From a virus (lineage: Duplodnaviria > Heunggongvirae > Uroviricota > Caudoviricetes): 64,000 bases of DNA. Both the position numbers and the translations under genes were made by a program. Positions 57,019 to 64,000 of this stretch are shown one piece after another (position 1 is the stretch's first letter; each line of letters starts with the position of its first letter). Location of the stretch: the IMG/VR virus record IMGVR_UViG_3300037424_000495, positions 64,001 through 128,000 of that record; one strand, given 5' to 3'. The notes under the pieces were generated by a model that was not told the DNA's origin, did no database searches, and was given only the letters and a program-made list of their open reading frames with translations.

Positions 57019-57566
57019 AAAAATTGTTGTTTGCACTGTTGTTACTCGTGGCGTGTTCCGGCTGCGAACAGCCACAGACAAAAAATGTGGTAAAGAAGGA
57101 GAGGCCAACGGTTAATGTGCCGATGTCGGATCAGCAAAAGAATTGGCTGGGTAATCAACGTGAAGGATCATGCGTCCATGCCAGTATGATTTCACTGCTT
57201 CGTTGGCAAGGTCGCTATAAAATGGCTGACTATTGGCGCAGCCACTACGGCAATGGCGAGTGGCCGGAAGACATGGAAGCAAAGTTTAATCGTGAAGGTA
57301 TCCGTTTTGCACAGACAACGAAAGGGGATGTGAAATTCCTAGAGTGGGCCTGCAAGACGCGAAGGGGCTGTGGTATTACGATCATGGGTGGGTCACACAT
57401 GGTCGATTTGGTTCATCTTGACAGCAAGTGGGCAGGACTTTTGGACAACAATGCTGTCGGGAAAATTATCTGGATTCCGCGAGAGACGCTGATCGCTGAA
57501 TGGAAGGCGAGTTATGGATGGGCGATAACGCCAGTTTACACTCCTGCGGCTCCGCTTCCTAAATAG
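57015..57566 (+). CDS. Secreted papain-fold (C39-like) peptidase lipoprotein
   Basis: Lipobox; GSCVHAS, GSHMVDLV, LLDNN. Confidence 0.6.
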   Translation: MKKLLFALLLLVACSGCEQPQTKNVVKKERPTVNVPMSDQQKNWLGNQREGSCVHASMISLLRWQGRYKMADYWRSHYGNGEWPEDMEAKFNREGIRFAQTTKGDVKFLEWACKTRRGCGITIMGGSHMVDLVHLDSKWAGLLDNNAVGKIIWIPRETLIAEWKASYGWAITPVYTPAAPLPK

Positions 57567-57598
57567 TGGTCACTTTAAACAGGTAAAGAGGTTATAAC

Positions 57599-58297
57599 AT
57601 GAACAAGCTGATTTTGAGTGTGTTGTGTGTGCTTGCTCTTTGTGCGGTAGTAGTCCCTTGTTTTGCCGACACGGTGAATGGGGTACTGGCCGAAGAGCGT
57701 GTAGTCAATCTTCCGAATGACGCTGGAAAATGGTATGTCAGTGTCGTCGGCAATGTTAACGATTCGCGTTACAATGAAATTGTGGGTTGGTTTTCAACCA
57801 ACGCCAATTTAAAAAAATTGAAAGATCAGGTACATTTTTGCCAAGTGACGACGAATACTGCGATTTATAAAGAACGTTATGCGGCCAATATCAAAAGTTT
57901 ACCTGCTGTACGGATGCAAAAAGCTGATGGCACTGTAATCTATGAGGCGGCTGGAAAAAATCTTCCAATGACGGCGGCAGGCTTGAATGGTGCTTTGGCA
58001 ACGGGTGTTTTAACGGCTGAAGGTATTAAACCTGTGTTGCCGTGGCGACGGGACATGGAGAAAAAATGTCCTGGACCTTGTCCGACGCCAGATACACAGC
58101 CGCAACCTGACATCGATCTCGATCCAGATGCGCAACCTCTTGATGACAACAGTGCTCCTATTATTGATGAACAATCAGTAGAAAGTTCTGTGCAGTGGGC
58201 ATGGCTTCCGATGCTGTGTTTTGCAGGCTTTTTAATCGGTGTTGCGTGTAATTACAGCCGGCAGTTGTATCAGAAGATGCACCCGCCTGTGAAATAA
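57599..58297 (+). CDS. Secreted protein with C-terminal TM anchor
   Basis: Signal peptide, Pro-rich linker, C-terminal hydrophobic helix. Confidence 0.6.
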   Translation: MNKLILSVLCVLALCAVVVPCFADTVNGVLAEERVVNLPNDAGKWYVSVVGNVNDSRYNEIVGWFSTNANLKKLKDQVHFCQVTTNTAIYKERYAANIKSLPAVRMQKADGTVIYEAAGKNLPMTAAGLNGALATGVLTAEGIKPVLPWRRDMEKKCPGPCPTPDTQPQPDIDLDPDAQPLDDNSAPIIDEQSVESSVQWAWLPMLCFAGFLIGVACNYSRQLYQKMHPPVK

Positions 58298-58372
58298 AGT
58301 GTGAAGTTATGTTTTGTCTACGGTCTTAAATAAAACGCTGCGAAGCAGCTAATTCTTTTTCGGAGTGAAAAC

Positions 58373-58759
58373 ATGAACCCTACTGTTGTTATTTGGATTC
58401 TTGCAGTTGTGTGTGCAGTTTTAGTTGGTCGCGAAGTCGGCAAGTGGCTTTTTGGTCAAAACGCCAAATTACAAGAAAAGAAACGTGCCGCTCAAATTCT
58501 TGCCAGCAAACTACGGATAGCGGGCTTGAAATGGATTCCATCTTTGTTTGAAGATTTTGCTGTCGGTGACGTGCAAGATATGGTGGAAAAGATTCACGAC
58601 CTGTCAAAATTAGTTGAAGCGGGAAGTGATGCCATCGAGAAGGAGCTAGCGGGCACGTATGAAAATGTGTTGAAAGCCAAATTAGCGTCTCCCGAGGGGC
58701 TGGCTTATATCAAAGCGAAGATCGCGGCTCTTGAAGCTCCGGCTCCTGTTTCTGCATAG
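58373..58759 (+). CDS. Membrane-anchored hypothetical protein
   Basis: GGAG RBS; N-terminal TM. Confidence 0.6.
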   Translation: MNPTVVIWILAVVCAVLVGREVGKWLFGQNAKLQEKKRAAQILASKLRIAGLKWIPSLFEDFAVGDVQDMVEKIHDLSKLVEAGSDAIEKELAGTYENVLKAKLASPEGLAYIKAKIAALEAPAPVSA

Positions 58760-59046
58760 ATCATTCAAAAATGTGTTGTTAACTGAGCGTCGAGAGCCAG
58801 ACACCGAGTAATCGGAACAGCGTAAGCGAGTGCCAAATGAACGACGCAAGCGGTGGCGCGTGGTACGGGCGTCGGTTTTCAGTTAGCAACATTTCAATAT
58901 ACCGACCGCACCGCTCCTATTCTAGTGACGTGCATTATGGGTCGGTTTTCTTGGAGATTAAATCTTGGGATTGTCAGCCCTGTGCATTGACACAGGGCTG
59001 ATTCTCAAAGGGCTTTAATAGCCCTTTGAGAATCGGAGAACTGACA

Positions 59047-59406
59047 ATGAAAAATATGAAGTCGCGGATTGCTATTTTTGCCACAGTGCTATCGTTACTA
59101 ATGTTGTTTGGCTGCGAAAAACCAAAGCAACTTAATCAAGGTGGCAATCGTGGATGTCAACGACCCAAGGTGGTCGCCTTTACTGCGTCTTGGTGTGGTC
59201 CATGTTCATCGGCTAAACCATTTCTTCGCGAGCTTCAAGTTAAAGGCGTGGAAGTGCAAATAATAGATACTGACGAAAATCCAGAGATGGCGCGGCAATA
59301 TGGTGTTACGAGTGTTCCTACCTTTTTCATTTATGCGTGCGGTAAGCAGACTGTAAAAACACAAGATATTGCAGTGGTTGTTTCTCTTACAAACTGCGGA
59401 CGTTAA
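59047..59406 (+). CDS. Thioredoxin-family lipoprotein
   Basis: FTASWCGPC, YGVTSVPTF; signal peptide. Confidence 0.85.
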   Translation: MKNMKSRIAIFATVLSLLMLFGCEKPKQLNQGGNRGCQRPKVVAFTASWCGPCSSAKPFLRELQVKGVEVQIIDTDENPEMARQYGVTSVPTFFIYACGKQTVKTQDIAVVVSLTNCGR

Positions 59407-59410
59407 CACC

Positions 59411-59671
59411 ATGCCACGACGCCGTTGTCGTAATTGCCCCAAGGAGGCGGTTCCTGAAGCGTTGCCGCCAAAGACGATGGCGGTCGTGTCGGAGGAAGGC
59501 AAAAAATTGTGGCATCAATCTTTGTTTACGTGTAACACAGTTGTTGAAATGATGGCTGGCTACGCGATGCTTGGTGTTCCGGGAAGTTCAATAAGTCAAC
59601 TGCGGAAGTTGGCGGGGCGCATCAATGATATTATTCAAATCTGTGACAAGCGAGAACACAATGAAAATTAA
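59411..59671 (+). CDS. Hypothetical protein
   Basis: + strand chain. Confidence 0.5.
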   Translation: MPRRRCRNCPKEAVPEALPPKTMAVVSEEGKKLWHQSLFTCNTVVEMMAGYAMLGVPGSSISQLRKLAGRINDIIQICDKREHNEN

Positions 59672-60047
59672 CGTTCCGTGGAATGATTTATTTCCTCAGT
59701 ATCGCATTTTGGTCAAGTATCCTGGTGCCGAACAGTCTTATTCTGCGGACGATAGTCATCGAATAGTTGAGATTACGTTGCCGGCAGGCGTCGATGAAAA
59801 TGATGTTGAAATCATTGGTTGTCCGCTTGATTCTCAAGGACAGCCGGCAGCCGGCTGTAGTCCATGTGTTATTAAGGCACGTACTCTAAAACTGGATACT
59901 ACGATTGAGCCGACATCCATTCAAAAAGCGCCGAGGAAACGGATTGTCGAAGCGGTTGAGCCAGTTGAGTCGGTTGTTGAAGCAATAAATCAGCCGGTCA
60001 GTGAATCTACAGAGGATACAGCAGCGAAAAGCCGCAATGAATCATGA
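59661..60047 (+). CDS. Hypothetical protein
   Basis: + strand chain. Confidence 0.55.
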   Translation: MKINVPWNDLFPQYRILVKYPGAEQSYSADDSHRIVEITLPAGVDENDVEIIGCPLDSQGQPAAGCSPCVIKARTLKLDTTIEPTSIQKAPRKRIVEAVEPVESVVEAINQPVSESTEDTAAKSRNES

Positions 60048-60115
60048 GGTTGCCCAGGATGAACGCTTAGCGAACCTGCGATTTGCAACCTTATAAACTA
60101 CTATGACGCACAACC

Positions 60116-61792
60116 ATGAACGAAATGCTGCAAGCCTTTGCCACGACTCTGACGGAGGGAATCCGTAGTCGTACTCTGACTACATGCAGTCGGTGGGCTG
60201 AGCATCGGCGCGTAATGGGTGCGCCATTCAACGGTCCTTATAGTTTTCAGTATCATCCGTGGTGCCGGGAGATACATAATAGTAAAGCGCAGTGGACCAT
60301 CGCCATGAAGGCGGCTCAACTGGGCGTAACTGAGACAGGTATCAATCGAGCTTTTTATACCCTCGATCAACTTAAGAGAGATGTTCTTTACGTATTGCCC
60401 ACGACGATAAATGCAAGTGATTTTTCTAAAGCTCGGTTTGCAACGGCGTTAAAATTAAGCGACTATTTAAAAAACCTTTTTGTTGATACAAATACTGTTG
60501 GTTTGAAATCCACAGGCACTAATGTATTGTATATTCGTGGTAGCCGTGGTGACAGCAATTTGAAATCCATTCCAGTGTCCGAATTGATTTTGGATGAGTT
60601 GGACGAAATGGATATTCACGCGGTGTGGCTCGCCTTAGAGCGTTTAAGCGGTCAACTTGAAAAACATATTCTGGCGATATCGACGCCGACTGTGCCAAAA
60701 TACGGTATTCATAAACTGTATTTGACAGGTACACAAGAGCACTACTATTTTCAATGCCCATGTTGTTCACGATGGACAGAGTTATTGTGGCCAGATTGCA
60801 TTGAAATTATTGGTGAATCTGTTAACGATCCTCGTTGTAAAGAATCGTTTCTAAAGTGTAAGGAGTGCAAAAATCGTCTTGAACACGCGGATAAGAGACA
60901 TTTTTTAGCTAATGGAGTTTGGCGACCAACTGAATTACAAGTTTCAGCGGATGAGGCGCGAAGCTTTTATATCAATCAGCTTTATTCCTCCACTGTCACC
61001 CCTAGTGAGTTGGTAATTGCTTATCATCGTGGTCTCGGCGATGAAGCAGCTAATACCGAGTTCCATAATTCAAAACTTGGAAATCCCTTCATCGGTGAGG
61101 GCGCACAAGTCACCGATGAAATGCTTGAGAACTGTATTCAAAATTACACAATCAATGAGTCACGCCCACAGATCGGTGGTGAACGTCTAATAACGCTTGG
61201 AGCCGATCAAGGTAAGACTGGTTACATTTCTGTTGTTGATTGGACGTTTGATCGGCATCCTGGTAGTGACATCAATGCAGCGGCGCTTGGTAAGTTACTT
61301 TGGTATGGTAAATTCCTTGAAGACGGCTGGGAATATCTTGAGGAATTGATGCGGGAGTGGCAAGTATTAGCGGCAGTTGTGGATGCTGATCCGAACGTCA
61401 ATGACGCCCGGCGATTTGCTAAAAAGTTTCATGGCTATGTATGGTTGACCCGATACCGGCGTGGTCAGACTGCAAAGGAAATTAGTGTTCAAGAGGAAGA
61501 GACTGGAGCACCGTTTGCTATTGTGGATCGTACTAGTTGGCTCTCATGCACGCTTGGAAGATTCAAAACAAATCCATCACGCATCATATTACCTCGCGAT
61601 ATTTCATTAGAGTATAGGGAACACGTAAAAAATTTAGTGCGCACGTATGAGAGAGATGACACCAACAACGTGAATGCTGTGTATGTTAACACGGGCGCAG
61701 ATCATTATGCTCACTCGCTGTGTTATGCAGACATTGGTTTATCGTTAGCTGCAATCAGTAGCGGCGGAGAAAACATCGGCAAAGCGCCCTAA
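60116..61792 (+). CDS. terL: Terminase large subunit (GpA-like)
   Basis: AMKAAQLGVTE (Walker A), LILDELDE (Walker B), ISTPT, FQCPCC, LGADQG, DHYAHS. Confidence 0.9.
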   Translation: MNEMLQAFATTLTEGIRSRTLTTCSRWAEHRRVMGAPFNGPYSFQYHPWCREIHNSKAQWTIAMKAAQLGVTETGINRAFYTLDQLKRDVLYVLPTTINASDFSKARFATALKLSDYLKNLFVDTNTVGLKSTGTNVLYIRGSRGDSNLKSIPVSELILDELDEMDIHAVWLALERLSGQLEKHILAISTPTVPKYGIHKLYLTGTQEHYYFQCPCCSRWTELLWPDCIEIIGESVNDPRCKESFLKCKECKNRLEHADKRHFLANGVWRPTELQVSADEARSFYINQLYSSTVTPSELVIAYHRGLGDEAANTEFHNSKLGNPFIGEGAQVTDEMLENCIQNYTINESRPQIGGERLITLGADQGKTGYISVVDWTFDRHPGSDINAAALGKLLWYGKFLEDGWEYLEELMREWQVLAAVVDADPNVNDARRFAKKFHGYVWLTRYRRGQTAKEISVQEEETGAPFAIVDRTSWLSCTLGRFKTNPSRIILPRDISLEYREHVKNLVRTYERDDTNNVNAVYVNTGADHYAHSLCYADIGLSLAAISSGGENIGKAP

Positions 61793-61900
61793 TGCAGTGT
61801 TTATTGCTTTAGTTGTGACCTCACGGTAACAACATTCTATGTGGCAGCCCTGAGTGCGGCTGGAGTCTATCATCTATAACTGTTTAAGAGAGACCAGGCA

Positions 61901-63697
61901 ATGGCTAATGGTATACCTAATCTCGTAGATTCTCGGCATCCCGGGTATTTAAGTGGTCAGAATGATTGGCGTAAATGGCGATTGACCTACCAAGGTGGTG
62001 ATGACTTTCGTGAGACATATCTGAAAAAGTTCAGTACGCGCGAGGATGCGGAAGAATATGCGTCGCGAAAAGAGATAACTCCTGTACCACGATTCGCCGG
62101 GGCGGCGATAGATGATATTCGTAATTCAATTTACCAGCGTATGCGGGACATTGTCCGCAAAGGCGGGAGTAAAGCATACCAAAATGCTGTCGCTGGATTG
62201 AATTATGGTGTTGACCGGCGCGGTTCGACAATGAACGCTTTTTTAGGCGTTAAAGTGTTGACTGAATTATTAGTCATGGGACGAGTTGGTGTCTATGTTG
62301 ATGCACCTGTTGTTGCGCCCGATGCTACAGTTGCGGACGGACAACAAAATCCTTATCTCTATTGCTATCAAGTGGAAGATATTTTGTCTTGGACGTGTTC
62401 CAAGGCAGATGAACCTAGTGAGTTTCAGGCTGTGTTATTGCGTGACACCGTCATGCAATATGATGCTACGTGGCTATTGCCAACATTACAAGTACAACGG
62501 TATCGATATCTTTGGATTGATCCTGTAACACAACGTGTTAATCTTCAATTTTACGATGTGGCAGGTCAACAAGTTGACGCAGATGGATTTCCATCGACTG
62601 GACCAATTGAATTAGAGTTGACACGTATTCCTTTTGTCATGCTTGATACCGGCCGGAGCATGATTCAAGACGTGTGCCAACAACAGATTGCATTGTTGAA
62701 TCTTGGCTCCAGTGATGTGAATTATGCTTTACGGTCGAATTTTCCCTTTTACGTCGAGCAAAAAGATTTGCGAGCCGTTGGTGCGCATTTAAAACACGCC
62801 GCGACGGCGGATGGAACATCGACAAGTGGCGGCCAAGGCGCAGCGGATGCTGATATTAAGGTCGGTGCGACACATGGCCGCGCCTACGATAAGGGAATGC
62901 AGCCTCCCACGTTTATTAACCCGTCGTCAGAACCCTTGAAAGCAAGTTTAGATTTACAAGAACGAATTAAAGGAGATATCCGTGAGCTTGTGAATCTAGC
63001 TGTTTCGAGTCTTGCCATTCGGGCGTCGGCTGAATCTAAGGCGATGGATAATCAAGGGCTTGAAGCTGGATTGTCATATATCGGACTCCTATTAGAGAGT
63101 GCCGAACGATTGATTGCTGGCTTTTGGGCAGCGTATGAAGAACGCACTGTAAGTAGGCGGTTAATTGCGACAATCAAATATCCAGAGCGGTATAGCTTGA
63201 AGTCTGACGGAGACCGCATTAAGGAAGCTCAAGATCTGCAGAAACTTATGAATGCTGTTCCAGGGCGGAAGATTAAACGTGAGTTGGCCAAAAGTATTGT
63301 ACAGGCGTTACTTGGGGGCAAGATCAGTGTGGATGATCTTGATGAGATTAACAGTGAAATTGAGCGCTGCAATTACACAACAAGCGATCCTGCAATAGTT
63401 TTACAAGCGTTAGAGGGTGGTGCTTGTGGCGAGAAAACTGCCTCTATAGCACTTGGTTTTGACGACAATGAACATCTACACGCACGCGAAGATCATGTAG
63501 CGCGTCTTGAGCGGATTGCAGCCACTCAAGGAATGGGCAGTGACAGTAATGTAAGTGATCCGGCTGCGCGTGGCTTAAAGGATTTGTCAGCTAATCTAAA
63601 CGCGGGACAGGATGAGAAAGCTGCTAGTCGTGATAACACCCTACGTGATACTACGGCTTCGCGAACACGTGGTAAAGGTAAGTTGAAAGTGGAGTAA
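61901..63697 (+). CDS. Portal protein
   Basis: 598 aa directly after terL; HPGY...W.KWR..Y.GG..F...YL N-terminal portal pattern. Confidence 0.75.
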   Translation: MANGIPNLVDSRHPGYLSGQNDWRKWRLTYQGGDDFRETYLKKFSTREDAEEYASRKEITPVPRFAGAAIDDIRNSIYQRMRDIVRKGGSKAYQNAVAGLNYGVDRRGSTMNAFLGVKVLTELLVMGRVGVYVDAPVVAPDATVADGQQNPYLYCYQVEDILSWTCSKADEPSEFQAVLLRDTVMQYDATWLLPTLQVQRYRYLWIDPVTQRVNLQFYDVAGQQVDADGFPSTGPIELELTRIPFVMLDTGRSMIQDVCQQQIALLNLGSSDVNYALRSNFPFYVEQKDLRAVGAHLKHAATADGTSTSGGQGAADADIKVGATHGRAYDKGMQPPTFINPSSEPLKASLDLQERIKGDIRELVNLAVSSLAIRASAESKAMDNQGLEAGLSYIGLLLESAERLIAGFWAAYEERTVSRRLIATIKYPERYSLKSDGDRIKEAQDLQKLMNAVPGRKIKRELAKSIVQALLGGKISVDDLDEINSEIERCNYTTSDPAIVLQALEGGACGEKTASIALGFDDNEHLHAREDHVARLERIAATQGMGSDSNVSDPAARGLKDLSANLNAGQDEKAASRDNTLRDTTASRTRGKGKLKVE

Positions 63698-63701
63698 GAC
63701 A

Positions 63702-64000
63702 ATGATTACTGACATCGGAAAAGAAGCTGCAACAAATCTGGGCTATGGGCATTGTCCTGTTAGTACGACGACACAGCGACTTTCATCTGTGTCAGCATCG
63801 TGTCAAAAAGGCGTGTTAATTCGTGCGCCCGGTGTATCTGATCCTGTTCCAAATACTGCGTGTGTATGGGTAGGAGACGCGCGTGTCTTGGCAACGAGTG
63901 ACGATGAGCGGGGTGGAATGCCAATTCCACCGGGTGAGTCACTTTTTGTTCCAATTGATGACCCGTATCGGTTGTGGGTGGTGTCAACGGCAAATGGTCA
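63702..64000 (+). CDS. Hypothetical protein, runs off the window
   Basis: GGAG RBS; open to the window end; PPGESLFVPID. Confidence 0.55.
   Translation, partial: MITDIGKEAATNLGYGHCPVSTTTQRLSSVSASCQKGVLIRAPGVSDPVPNTACVWVGDARVLATSDDERGGMPIPPGESLFVPIDDPYRLWVVSTANG

Noticed and set aside
58781-58850. Hammerhead ribozyme
   Set aside because: CTGAG is not followed by the CUGANGA/GAAA core arrangement.
174-63993. Many antisense or nested ORFs in the supplied track
   Set aside because: They are shadows of better supported genes, with no RBS or motif support.

Overview
A 64-kb segment of a large, apparently temperate tailed-phage genome, with no host chromosomal genes visible. The host is probably a Planctomycete, judged from a planctomycete-type export motif protein and a DUF1559-like gene. 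Layout: (1) 1-24.9 kb, a + strand accessory block with Ro60, SPFH, a tRNA-like RNA lacking an anticodon loop, CAP, FkbM, two Xis-like HTH genes, a tyrosine integrase with a tRNA-Pro 5'-half attP-like site, an ECF sigma factor, peptide deformylase, a BCS1-like AAA ATPase and RtcB. (2) Within that block, a compact type V CRISPR locus: promoter, putative tracrRNA, a 430-aa Cas12f-like protein whose RuvC catalytic residues are substituted or deleted, and a 16-repeat array. No cas1/2/4 is present, and one solitary copy of the repeat lies 31 kb away. (3) 25-28.5 kb, - strand host-like secreted-protein genes. (4) 28.6-43 kb, promoter-rich small-gene blocks, duplicated non-coding modules, GC-rich tandem repeats and a palindrome-rich hub where G/C skew appears to flip. 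(5) 43.5-55 kb, two serine recombinase paralogues, HNH-AP2, a SprT-like gene, a Topo VI-A-like gene and a permuted GHKL ATPase. (6) 55.7-64 kb, the start of the packaging module (GpA-type terminase, portal). All family assignments are by-eye motif recognition; no database searches or folding programs were run.
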